From assembly GCA_013239625.1 (NCBI GenBank), contig MU056000.1, positions 14,722,851 to 14,786,850 of the forward strand: a stretch of DNA of 64,000 bases, in the 5' to 3' direction. The position numbers and the translations under genes are program-made. Within the stretch, counting starts at the first letter, position 1. The number at the start of each line of letters is the position of its first letter. The notes beneath the pieces were generated by a model. The model was not told the origin of the DNA. It made no database searches and worked only from the letters and a program-made list of their open reading frames with translations. This DNA is from Lama guanicoe. Its lineage: Eukaryota. This document shows positions 50,654 to 63,192 of the stretch, one piece after another.

Positions 50654-51130
50654 CAGCTCAGCAGACTTACTTTCTCTTTTTCCCCTGGATGGATAGTGTT
50701 ATTGATTCATTAACATTGAACTCACACCCAAGAGCAATGTAACTAACGCCTGAAGAAGCTTATCTAACACATGCATTTTCTCCATACGGTACAAAGCAGC
50801 CTCCTTGTGCTTAGGAACACTAGACAGCACTTCTGCACTATAGTTGGGGGCATTTTAAACAGCAAATTCACTAAAAGAAAAGCACAAAAATGTAGGAAAT
50901 ATGGCATTAAATGTACCATAAGAAGGACATTTTTTACAGTGGGAGAGCTGAAACAGAAGATGCCTTGTTGGGAATGAGAACTTTGAACAACTCAAAGTTT
51001 TTGCTGCTCTGGGTATGTCCTCAAGTGACTACGAAAGCTCTTTGAGTATTGATTTTGGAGTTAAAAATAAATTTTAGTTAGTAGGTAAATTCACAGATAA
51101 AGAATCGACAAATAATGAAGATTATATGTA
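50654..51130 (-). mobile_element. MER82 (TcMar-Tigger) DNA transposon
   Basis: 'ctccttgtgcttaggaacactagacagcacttc..gagtattgattttggagttaaaaataaattttagttagtaggtaaattcacagata'. Confidence 0.88.
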
Positions 51131-52019
51131 AAAGAACGCTGGCTCAGACACATTACTTGGCACTATTCTTATTAGACATAAACACCTGTTTAGGGTATAA
51201 GTTTTTACAGTTTTTAGGGAGACATCTTCATTATCAGTATCAAGACATCAACAGCACTGTCTTGCGTTGTTTACTATCTTGAATTTTTGTCATTCTTGCT
51301 TCTGAATTATGAATGTCAGTAGGATTAATTTCATCTTTACAGAACTAATTTGCTGTGGATTACTTGGCACACTACCTCATTTCAGTGATGTGTATGTATT
51401 TAGAGAGTGTTTTTTCTGTAATTTTCCAGTAATTAGGCTTTGAGAAATTTATATATTGCAATTCACAAAGGAATACTGTCATTTTTTGTGTGTAGTAACA
51501 ATTTATTTGTTATGCGCTCTTTGGAATAATGCTATTTTAAGAACTAGCAAGTTACTTATCCATGCGATTATATTAAATTGATGAATTGTAGAGCATTACT
51601 TCAAGGTATACAATTAAATCCGCATATTCAATTGTTTATTTTATAAAGTGAATATATGCTGCAGGTAACTTGCTTACGGCATTTTATTTGGTTTTAAGTA
51701 GCAGAACATAAGCACTGTCAAGAGCTGATAAGACCACCGGTAAGTCTTGTAAGACCACTGAGGTAAGACCACTGAGGTAAGTCTAGGAAGTAGAAATACC
51801 ATTCCCTTATACTTTAAACTAGCTAGTGTCCTCAAAGCAATATTGATCTCTCTTTACTGAGTGCTGGCATGGCCATATTTGGCCAAAACATACTAAAAAA
51901 ATCAGACAAAGCCGTATTATATAGTGATAGATAGAAAAAGAGAACAAGAAAGTAGAAAAGCAGACATGAAAAGTAATGAGAAAACTCGGAAGGGCAGCAC
52001 CTTTGGATACTGAGCATAT

Positions 52020-52245
52020 ACTTACATAGTAATTACCATGGACTATGCACTGTTCTAAATACTTAGTACTCACAACGGCCACATGAAGGGCCCCACGTTA
52101 TGGGCACTACACACATAAGGAAGCTGAGCACAGAATTTTAGGCGACATGCCACCATCATAAACCTAACAGGTGGTAGCATCAGCCTGCAGAATCCTGCAG
52201 AATTCTGCCTGCAGAATCCATGTCATTTAACATTATATTAGGCTG
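52020..52245 (-). mobile_element. MIR fragment
   Basis: 'gcactgttctaaatactt..cataaggaagctgagcacaga..atttaacattatattaggctgcc'. Confidence 0.6.
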
Positions 52246-54139
52246 CCAGTTATCAGCTCTGTAGGTCTTGGTTTTATTCTGTTTTTCTTCTAGCCCCTTT
52301 TGACCTAGGGTCTTTCAAATTCCAGAAACTATCTCTTCAGCTTCTAAAGAATTTCTTTAAGAAAAAAGTCAAAAACCTTTACTTGCTTACAGTGAAAGAG
52401 AAGCACTCCTTCCTTACACCATGGGGAAAAAAAAAAAAAAGAGCAGAGCACACTGACCAGATTTTACAGACTGTGAACACATAATCTCATGTGACTGTAT
52501 TAGTGAAGTCTCACTATAAAAACCTCTGGGAAACAATCAGAATGATTTATTTAGAAATATGTATTTTCTAATGGTTTGTAAGGCAGACATATTTCATTGC
52601 TGTTTCCTAAGAAAAATAAAGTCAACAAATCTATGTATGAATAACTTGTTTATACCCTAAACCTAAAACGTTTGTCTTTCTAAATCTTGAAATCACGGAG
52701 ATAGTCTTTATGATGTAGTTTTAAAAGGAGTTACTTGTGGAATACTTTTTAGGAGATGGAAAACAGTATACTTCCACAAAATATTGACTAGAAGTTTACA
52801 TGATTTTCCTTAAAGGACTTATGGACTATTTTTGTAGTAAGAAATAATTTTAACAGCTTGCTGTATTTCTCATTCTAATTATATTTGTGCTGCAAAAAAA
52901 AAAGTGAATAGTATAACAAAACAATTGAATTAACTGCATTGTAATACCCTTAGGAAAAGGCTAATTTGTAATTCATGATATGTTTTTTCCTACACTGTTT
53001 AATATAGAGTGTGCACCCCCAATATTAATGTTTATTGGTTCTGAGAGCAGGAATCAAATACATACTCCAAGAATTTTAAATCCACTACCTTTTCTTTCCC
53101 GATAAAGACCCTAAATAGAAAATGTATCCTATAGTATGTAAGATGCTTAGTGAATTTAGGCATTAATTAGAAACATCTAATGCTTCTTGATTCTGTAATA
53201 AGGTCAGATCAATAAAGTTTGGCATATATAAGAATGATTAAAGCTCAAGTTTTGCTTTTATCTAAATTGTCCATGGACATACAACCTAAAGCCTCTTATC
53301 AAGAAGAAAGTTCTGAATACAAACTAAGAATTCAGCTGTCACTGACATTTATAATTCAAATTATTTGTCCAAAGATGCAGAAATAAACAATCATTCACTT
53401 TCTTTTCTTTCCCTATCCCTTTAAACTCCATCTTCGAAAACAAATTTACCCCAGATGATTCTTCAAAATCAGCTTCAAGAGCAGCTTACGATGGACCTTA
53501 CAACAGCGATAAAACAGTACTCTCACTTTCCCTATAATCATTCTGTTTGCCTCTTTACTGATGAATTTTCAAAATAATTCCATTAAATGTATGTAATCAA
53601 ACTTTAACTTGGCTATTTCAAGCACTCAAAAATCTTGTGTTTACTTTTCTCTCCACTTCAACTCTTGCATCAGTTGGAATGCAGAAATGATCACTCAGAG
53701 GATGCTTCTGCGACATGTTCTCTTACTTCCCTGACCATCTCATTCCACTAGAATGATTGAAGGAAATGATTGCCTTCAAGTAAGCAAAATGTATTTCATG
53801 TAGCTTAGACATAAAATGAATTGAAGAAAGTAAGGAAAATTATTTTCTTCTGATTATCACAAGGTCACAAAGGTCTATTGAATGACTTAATTGGTAAATA
53901 TTTAGAAAAAAATGTAGAACAACTGAAATTTCTTAAATAATCTTTTATTTATCCTTTTTCCTATTCAATTTGTAATTTTCTTCTCTGAGAACTATTTTTC
54001 CCTGAATATGTGTTCTATTTGTTCTAATTGATCAATCATTCCCTCTCAGAGTGAACTGTCTACTTTGGAAGTTGTTACTATTTTTCTCTTCTATCAGTTC
54101 AAATGCCTTAGGTGTGGATTTTGGCATATGGCCCCCTCT

Positions 54140-54335
54140 CCCTGGTAAATTTTAATTTGCTCCATATTAGAACCAACTGGGGAGACTTTTTAAAAATCCC
54201 CGTCTCTAGGCTCTACCTCATACCAATTAAATCTGAATCTCTAAGGCCTTGGATGGAAAGGTGAGGGGGAATAGGAACAGAAATTTTTTTTAACTCTCAG
54301 GTGACTCCACTGTGCAGTGGAGTTAAAAACTAGCT
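54140..54335. mobile_element. MER5-type hAT MITE
   Basis: 'attagaaccaactggggagactttttaaaaatccc..ctaggctctacc..accaattaaatctgaatctct..aactctcaggtgact'. Confidence 0.8.
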
Positions 54336-56711
54336 TCCAATTTGGTCTCAGTCCCATAAGTAATTAGAGATCAACTGTCTCTCTGCCAGAGAACCAGCAC
54401 TACCTAAGAAAGCAGGCTATCAGCACACTATTACTGCACCTGGCGGAAACTATCCGGTTCGTAGGTCTCAGCCTCAGAGACAGCAGGAGTAAGAACACTC
54501 TTTTCTTGCCTTCGTTGTTGGTGGTGGTGGTTTGTTTGTCTGGTATTTTTGGGATGTAGGAGATTGGACATCCTCATATGGGGCTGACATACTAACCCAC
54601 TTGAGCACAGAGGTCTCTTCTCACCAGTCTTACAGAATCTCCCACTTTCTGACCGTCACATCTGGTCTCTCTTACATACTTCTCCAAAATTCACGTGGCC
54701 CTTTGAGATGCACAGAATCCAGACGTCATTTTTAATGTCTCCTGTATGCCTCACAACCATTCACTTCACAAGCATTTCACTTGCTCTCAGGAGAGAGAGG
54801 AATGGAAGGGAATCTTGTCCACTTCATCATTTCCCCAGAATCCTTTTCCACTGCAGTGTTTAACATCTCAAATTAGGGCATTTTACAAGTACTAAATCAA
54901 ATATTTTGTCCGAAAGTATGCTGCCTATAAGTCCAGAGGTAAAAATACAAATTATTTATATGATGGAAATCAATGTTTTTAAAATCATCAAACTCAGTTT
55001 GATGATCTCCAAGCCAATTACATTATTTCTGGTGGGGGAATACATGGCTGTCTATAGCATACTATATTTCCTCCATAAAATGTTCTTTCTTTACTCTGTG
55101 GTGTTTTCTTATCAGAGTTTATTACTATTTGCTTAGTCAATTAATGGATATAAAATATCCTGAGTATTTTCTGGGTACCTACAAGATATTTCAGAAAATA
55201 TATTATTGATCATTTTGTATCTCAATGCATAATTTTGAAGCTCAAAAGTCTCTGCAAATTTAAAGCAATATATGTCCAATATATTAATATTAATATTTTA
55301 GGCCTGAACATTCCTTAACTCAGTGGAGCAACGAAATGTAAATAGTTAAGCCTACTTTATAGAAAAAGTTGAGTAATTACCAGATTTATTGAAAGGGAAT
55401 GATCAGATTTGAACAAATGCCTAATTAGTGATGGCCAACTCTCTGCAATCGCTAGATAATAAAAAAGGAACATGAGTATTAAAATAATGTAGTTTAGTTG
55501 ATAAAGCTTTCATTTGAAAGATATAATTGTAACTGCATTCCAAAAATAAACAAAAGGAAGCCACTGAACAAATGAATTCTTTATTTATTTTCTCCCAAAT
55601 ATAAATATTGCAACCAAACCAAAATCAGCTGAATTACTTTCCTCTTGTTTTAAAACTATTTGAGTGGATTGTAAAATTGATTGTAAATAATGTAATTACT
55701 CCCTAGCTCATATGCACATTGTTGAATTTACTTTAAAATTAAGTAAGTTAACACCTTACATTAGTATTAACAGTATTTTCAGATTTTTGAGTTAAGATTA
55801 AAAGAGTTGAAAACTCTTGAATTTCTGTCTTTGGAACATGACTCCCAAGCTTTACTTGGTTATTCTATATTTTCTTGCATTTCTTCCTTAAGATATTTTA
55901 TGTGTTTTTTAAGAATTGAGCTGCAGTGGCTAAATGTTTGAATTTAATTTATTTTAACAGAATATTAATTTATTTTTTTATCTTATTTTACTCCTTAGAT
56001 CTAATTGATATTTACAATAAATTATCTGTTTTTTGGTTGTAAGTTAAGGAGTTATTTTCATAATTTTTATTTGAATCAGCATTCTTTAGTTCTCATACCT
56101 AATTATGTATTGTTTATAGGATATCAATTATTGCTACTGGTATGGTTTAGAGTATCAAATATTTTTAATACCTTTGCTAAGTTATTAGTTAATAAATGCA
56201 GGAAGTCTATTAAAATAATAACATGTATCCTGGGATCAGGTTCATCAGTGCATTATATACTATTCAAAATTTATAGTTCTATCAGAAGCTATTAGGCAAC
56301 TGTGGCAAATACAAGTTACTACTGTAGGTAGAATAATGAAATTATTTTACTGAAGTTGGATATATAGGTCATGCAATTGGAAGACTACAGATTTTTATCT
56401 CCAGTTGTTTGGCTGCCAAACATAGTTCATGGAACTCAGGTACTAAACTGAAGCAGTTCCTTATATCTGATTTAGTAATGTATCAATACAAATATTTAAG
56501 CAAAGAAAATACACAAATGCTAGGATGTATTTATAGAATAACTTAGGGTGATTAATAATACATAAAATAATTTAGTCTTTAGACCAATAATTTTCTTTAA
56601 GATATTCACATTTTATATAGAACAAAATACGTTTATATCATTGTAATGCCTGTGGAGAATTACCAGCAAAGAAAAAGAGTGATCAGATTTTCATTTCAGA
56701 ATCATTACCTT

Positions 56712-56836
56712 TTTTTGCATCTTTTTTTCTTTTTTTATTTATGTTCATGTTCGACTGAAGTATTATGCTATACACCAGAAATTGACACAACATTGTAAAC
56801 TGACTGACTATACCTCAATTAAAATATATATTTTAC

Positions 56837-56869
<33 letters not shown>

Positions 56870-56877
56870 TGTAAAAT
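56712..56877 (+). mobile_element. Camelid-type L1 3' end with (TA)n tail, TSD and T-rich 5' segment
   Basis: 'atgttcatgttcgactgaagtattatgctatacaccagaaattgacacaacattgtaaactgactgactatacctcaattaaaa'. TSD agaatcattacctt (56698-56711) and agaaccattatctt (56878-56891). Confidence 0.85.
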
Positions 56878-57749
56878 AGAACCATTATCTTAATGAAAGT
56901 ATAAGGGAATGCCTAGAGTATGGAAATACTAGAGAAAAGAACATGTGTTCAGGAAGTTTTCTAGCTTTCTAGGCCAAAAAAAGAAGGACATACAGTAAGA
57001 CAAGGCCAACTGGCTTAGTGAGAAAAAGCAGGATTTGTAATTTTATTTACCTTTTAACAGCTACAGTCAACACCACAAGTTGGGAAGAATGAGAGGGAGT
57101 GAAGATAAATAGACTGACTAAGTTGTTTTATTGATTAGGAGGAGATTCAGGATAAGATGTAATGAATTCGAGTGTCTACCTACTATACAAAGTTTTAAAG
57201 TATTTGCTGTGGTTTCTTTGCTGTCTCAAGAATTTTTATATTTTGCATTCCAATAAAATAATTATAATATCTCAAGTTATTTATCTTGATCAAGCAGAAG
57301 GGTCATGTTATTATATACAGATTCATGCTTAAATTCAGATGGAAGACAAATAAAATACTCTACACGTACAGTGAAATCATTCCCATGAGAATCAAGACTT
57401 CCTGATCTTAAGGGGAAATATAGTCATACTCATTAACTTGAAGTTTCTCTAGTGAAAAAATTTCCATACTTTGTATCGACTGTCTTAAGTCTTAGTTGAA
57501 GAAGATATTTTCAACTGTCACCTAATCCTAGTTATTACCTGCTAATCTCTTCCTAAATTAGAAATCAGAACCAATTCACTACTCTTTATATACTTTATTT
57601 TAACTCAATTACTTGCTTGTCTCTTATCATATTACACTGCAAGCCAGTTCCTATAATTCATTGACTAATATACTTTGGAAATGCTGCACTTTAAAATCTT
57701 GCCTTAGAGATTCACTTTACATGGCAGCATATAAAGGACTTCAACCAGT

Positions 57750-58545
57750 GACTTTTTTTCATTTTTAAAAATTGTAAATATCTTAAGTTTATACACTGAT
57801 ACATTTTTACATATGCATACCCTCATGTGACTAAAACTAGACCAAGATATATAGAACACTTTCTGAACTCTCAGTCCTCCTGTCAGTTGGTATTACTGCT
57901 TCCACCCTCAATATAAGGTTAGCCACCATTCTTGACCATCATAGTTTGATTTTGCTTGTTTTAAATTCCATATGAATGGAATCATACTGCTTTGCTCCTT
58001 TTATGTCTGATTCTTTACTAATATTAAATACAGACGATTCATCCAAAATGTGGCAATGAAAAATTACACTCTAATGTCTACTATGGACATTTGGGTTGGT
58101 TCAAATTGTGGTTATTATAAAAAAAAAAAGGCTGTAAATATTCTTGCAATTTGGGTGGACCTATGCACTGGTTTCTTATAAGCATATACCCAGGAGTATA
58201 TTTGCTGCATCACAGAATATAGATATGCTTGAATTTGGTAAGTTTTGCATTGGCTCTATAGATCAATTTGGAAAGAATAAAAATCTTATCAATATTGAGA
58301 TTTCTTATGCATATAAATAATGTATCAGCCTGTTTAGTTCTCCTTTTCCTTCAAAATTTGTAGTCTTCCGTCTATAGGTCCTGCAAATCTTTTGTTAAGT
58401 TTATTATAAGTACTGATATTTTTGATGCTATTATATGCAGCATTGTTTATTGATTTGATTTTTAACTGTTTTTTGCTAATACATAGAAGCATACTTATGT
58501 TTTTATACTGACCTTGTATTTTGATGCTTTGCTCTAGTCACTTGT
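57750..58545 (-). mobile_element. Old L1 (L1ME-type) 3' UTR and ORF2 fragments
   Basis: 'tccatatgaatggaatcatac', 'atggacatttgggttggttc', 'catatacccaggagt', 'ctatagatcaatttgg', 'ttatactgaccttgtat'. Confidence 0.85.
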
Positions 58546-59130
58546 AAGGACATACAGCAGAACAAAGCACAGCTAATGGAGTGAACTACAGGACAAGAAT
58601 GGATGTCTGACAGAACAGAGTATCAGATTTGAAAGATCTGAAGTATATTATGGAAAAGGTAATTTTCCATAGATAATTTTCCATAGATAATTGAATTATC
58701 TATGGAAGATAAATAGGTCGAATCTATGATGGATCTACATTCTAGAATGCCTTCCAGAAGGAGATGAATGAGAGAACAAAATGAAGAATATAATGCAAAC
58801 AAAATATATGAATACATTTCTAGCTGGAAAAAAGAGGCACATATCCTCAAATTAAGGACTCCAAGAGCAGAAATGACAAAAATACTATATTCTAAAGCAA
58901 TTCTATTATTATTTTAGAATTAAAACAATTTAAATTTTCTATATCTTTAATAGTTATAAAAACAATACATACTGTAATTAAATTTGCTCCAGATTTTATG
59001 TGCAACACAAGATATCAAAAGTAAATGAAGAAATGTTTTCAAATCTCTAAGAAAAAATAATTGAATCTTAGCCTTCCATGAAAATAATTATCTTTCAGTA
59101 TTATTAAAAATTATTACTCTGAAAATACTA
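58546..59130 (+). mobile_element. HAL1 / ancient L1 ORF1-like remnant
   Basis: 'ttccagaaggagatgaatgagagaac', 'tgcaacacaagatatcaaaagtaaatgaagaaatgttttcaaatctctaagaaaaaataatt'. Confidence 0.6.
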
Positions 59131-61029
59131 CACAGAAAGATGCATAAAATAATAAGGGTAGAATTTTTTTCTCTCTAAACAATTATATAAATGGATTTTG
59201 AGAAGAGAGAAAAAGAGGACAAGAGATGACAGAAACTATAGAGTCAGGAATCCTCAGTGGCCAATACCAAACCCATTGCTATTAGATAATCTGTAACCAG
59301 GAGATTCTGCACAGCCAAGTTCTTTTTTTCATCAATAAAATTCCCAAAGAAAACTCATTATCTTTTTTAACACTAAATTTCCACCCCCGATACAGAGGGA
59401 ATTAACCATTTGTGCAGAGATTTTGGTAGGAAGAGAAAGTCTCACTCCATGAGCAAGAGGGTATAAGGCAGAAGCAGTTGAGAATTGTCCATTAATCTAA
59501 GCATAGGTAGATACATTGTCATTCCAAATACTGTATTCTGAGTGTCTGTATATTTTGGTTTCACTTTTAACATTTTAATACTGTTTTGATTATGTGCATA
59601 ATATTGGATACACACCTAACTTAATCTTCTTAGCATACAGCCAATTTAACCAATAAAGTGTATTGAATATATTCTTATTGATATATATTCACAATATCTA
59701 TTGTGTATAAAAATTTCCATAAATACAGATATCTTGGGTCTAAATTTTAACACAGTACCTTGATTATTAAGTTTTTAAGTATATTTTGATAATGGTAAGG
59801 AGAGTCTTCCTTCAACTGATTGTTTTTAATAAGAATGCTAAGCAAATGTTTTCTAACCAATAAATTTTCCAACAGATTTCTTTGTTATTGTGTTTTATAG
59901 CATTTCATTTGAAGGCCCTATTCACACTGAGATACGTGGCTTCCTGAATATTAAATTAAAATTTTAAAAATTGGAATAAGAAAATATGTGGATAAACTTA
60001 TAGATAATATAATTTTTCTCAGAAAATCCTATAGACAGTACTGAATAGTGTAATTCTGCCCTGCTTCACATTCCTGACATGCTGAAACAGAGCTCATTGC
60101 TGTGGTGAGAGGTGTCCAATGTCCTCACTGTGTCTGTCACTAAATTGGATCGTGTCTATGCTCTGTGCAAGCCACAAGAAAACAAGGAGCATTGTTAAGC
60201 ACATTGATTTAAGATGCTCTATCAGAAATTCTCCTCCAAATAGGAAGTAGAACCAAAGTTCCACCACCACCCCACCAGGAACTAGCGGGTATGTTTGTAA
60301 CTCCCCATATCCTTTTCCTCAATCAAGCTGGATATTCAGTGCGTGAATATACTTTATCTTTGGGTAAAGGGCCTTTGCCTTCCATTTCCAATTTTCTGTC
60401 CTCCACCAACTTTGCCAGAAAGGCATTCTATCCCCCTTCCTTCCTGATGGGAAAGACCTCTAAATCATGTCCTCCCCCTTCCCTAGTGATAGCTGCCTTA
60501 TGCTTGCCTTGGGCAAAAATGGACCGTTCCTGGCTCCAAGAACAGGAATTTTTGGCAAAAAAATAAAAAAAAATGCATTGGGAGTTATTTCAAAAATTAA
60601 ACTACCATTATACATGAAAATAAAAACCTCAATACTGTTCAGAATTTGACAAGTTAGAAATGATAAGAAAAATGTAAAAAGAGCAATGTGAAGCAGTTTG
60701 TACAACTTTACAGACACACTTTTATCACTCCCTTTATACTTTCTCATTTTGATTTTTCTATTGTGTAAGGTTATCTCATTATTTCTGTATGTTCTTGATT
60801 ATTCAGATTAATGCACTGAAGTCTAGTGTAACAAAATATTGCAGACCAAATGAATGCCATAAGTGACATGTAAATATGAGATAAAGCCAGTTTGCTCTAA
60901 AATAATCAAATTGTTTTATGTAGATGATATCTATCATAATTTATCAAGTGATATGAAGGTTTTTTTTTTTGGTTTGCTTTTTTTTTAGTTTGTATGCTAT
61001 TAGGGTGTTAAGGTAAAGGGGAAAAAAAC

Positions 61030-61990
61030 AGTAAGTTAATAATAGTAAGGCCTCAGTTAAAATACCTGTGGGAAGATCAGATGAAATTCTCACTTCTTTA
61101 TTCATATTCCAAAATAAATTCTTAAAATTAAATGATAAATATAAACATTAAAGTAAATATATATGAGAGTCATATAGTTTCTTGGTAAAAGGAGTTTCTA
61201 AGCATAAGGTAACAGACAAATGAGAAAGAAAACAAACTACAGATTTGAGAACTTAATATTGAAAATACATCTTATAGCAAACAAAGTATAACCAACATAA
61301 AAGCAAAATTATATGCTGAAAAAGAGTTCTAGGATATATATATATAAGGAGGCAGAGTTAAATATGTATATATCTATATACACATGTGATTTATACATTA
61401 TATCTATGAAAATTATATACCCTAATAAAAATATCAGCAATTTTAATGAACCTGAAGATGCAAAACAAATGCCAAATAACATATTAAAATGTAAAGCTTC
61501 ATCAGTAATTATAGGCTGTATGATGGGAAAGTGAAATTCTCTCAAGACATTGAAAATATGAGAAAGAAGATGACATTAGAATGTTAAACAAAAATACTAA
61601 CAGATAATAGTCCCAGAAGCTATATCTTAAAACAAAAATAAAATGAACAGTAATAACCAAAAAGTAGTTAAACCTGTTCTGTATTGAATGTATTTAAATA
61701 CATAAGGGGAGAATGTATTAAATCAAAAAAGTGGCCACCTAACTATTGCAGAAAAGACAATGGCATTTATAAGGGCAAACATTGGCAGTGTCAACATATA
61801 CCCTCCTGAGAACAGAATAGTGCCCTGAGCACCTGCTGTATGTATGCCTTTTGCTAAGCTCAAGATATGAGGAAATCAGAAATATTGTGAATAAAAGAGG
61901 AATAAAATTAGACCTTATTAATTTGAATCCCCACCCAATCGGCAACCTGCACCAAATTTGATGACACATATTGTATCACCATGAAAAAAA
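61030..61990 (+). mobile_element. Ancient L1 (L1ME-type) ORF2 3'/UTR remnant
   Basis: 'tccaaaataaattc', 'tttctaagcataa', 'ttcatcagtaatta', 'taagggcaaacattggcagtgtc', 'cccaatcggcaacctgcaccaaatttgatgacac'. Confidence 0.65.
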
Positions 61991-63009
61991 TGCCTTTTTG
62001 AGCAGGCGCCACTGCCCAGTCATAACAGGGGTATCCTTGTGAGGCTTGTGGCATGTTAGAGTCTCATGTCTAATAAACTCGATGACACTGCCAAGATTGA
62101 TCTTCTGAATCAGTAGCTGAGGGCTTAAACCAGTTTAGGATTGATTTACCAGGATAAATGTACCATTGGAGGAACTGATCACTCAATCACCTCGCCATCC
62201 CTGAACACTCTGCATCAAATAGTCTGCAAAGAATAATGTTGCTGTTTTCGCTTTAAAAAGCTCCATGTGCATCCCTAAAATCATCACACTGCAAAATTAA
62301 GCAATGAAGGCCACAGACCTTGTGAAAAATAGGGTGAGATGCCTCAGAACTGTCATTAGTGCCACATTAACAACAGAATAGCCACCTAATGAAATAACTG
62401 CACAGCTTTATGCATGTTACATGGTTAAGAAATAAAAATTAAAAATCAGTATGACAATTTACCTTCAAAAGAACCAGAGATTTGCTTGTGGACGTATGTA
62501 CAACACCCTCTTCTCCTGTGTGTAAGAGGAAAAGAATAAAAGGTAGACAGAAAATGAGTGAGAGAAAAGGGAGCCAAAGAGAGAAAAAGAAGAGAGGACA
62601 GAGTGGAGCACTGTGTCCGAGGCAGAGAGGAAAGGGCAAAATTAAAGAGAGAGGAGGGTACCAGGATAGGATGGCTGTCAGAAGGATGCAGTTTGTGGGT
62701 TATCGCCAAAGGGTGGAAGGCCCCTTCTCTGAAGTCAGGCAGGTAGTTGCAACGTCAGCCGTGGACCGTGGATGAGTGCAGCTCCTCCTTGCCTGGTGTG
62801 CCCCCGTGTGCAGTTTTATTTTTTGGATAATTTTAGATGGCTCTGTTCAGCTGGATGAAGTTTTCTGTGTCCATTTCATGTTTCTCACAGATGAAATCAC
62901 ACATAAGTAGGCAAAATCTGTATCATGCTCATATTGTTCCCTGATACATCAATTGTTTGGGAGAATATTGGTTTTCAAGACCAGTGTTATAGCAAAACTG
63001 ATTGGATTC

Positions 63010-63192
63010 CTCATAAACAAGGATCTTCAAGTTCTCATCACAAAAAACAAAAAGAAAATTGTAACTTTTATGGTAACAGATGGTAACTAGCCTTATTGTG
63101 GAGATCATTTTGCAGTGTATACAAATATAGAATCATTATGTGGTATGCTGGAAAATAATATAACATTATGGGTCATTTTTCCTCAGTAAAAG
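63010..63192 (+). mobile_element. L1MA10/L1MB-type 3' end
   Basis: 'gatcttcaagttctcatcacaa..agatggtaactagccttattgtggagatcattttgcagtgtatacaaatatagaatcattatgt'. Confidence 0.88.

Noticed and set aside
51729..51784. CRISPR-like repeat array
   Set aside because: Eukaryotic DNA, with 14-bp adjacent repeats and no unique spacers.
53674..53779. Plus-strand coding exon (cag|TTGG...CAA|gtaagc)
   Set aside because: Stop codons in all three frames and no other support.
54304..54323. 9-bp hairpin actccactg/cagtggagt (and a similar one near 27053-27073)
   Set aside because: Short enough to arise by chance or local template switching. The first lies within a MER5 end, and nothing suggests function.
642..62775. 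Supplied short ORFs (60-111 aa) as protein-coding genes
   Set aside because: None resembles a cellular protein I recognise. Most lie in MLT1/LTR/L1/MER repeats or low-complexity AT-rich DNA, and many start at non-ATG codons.
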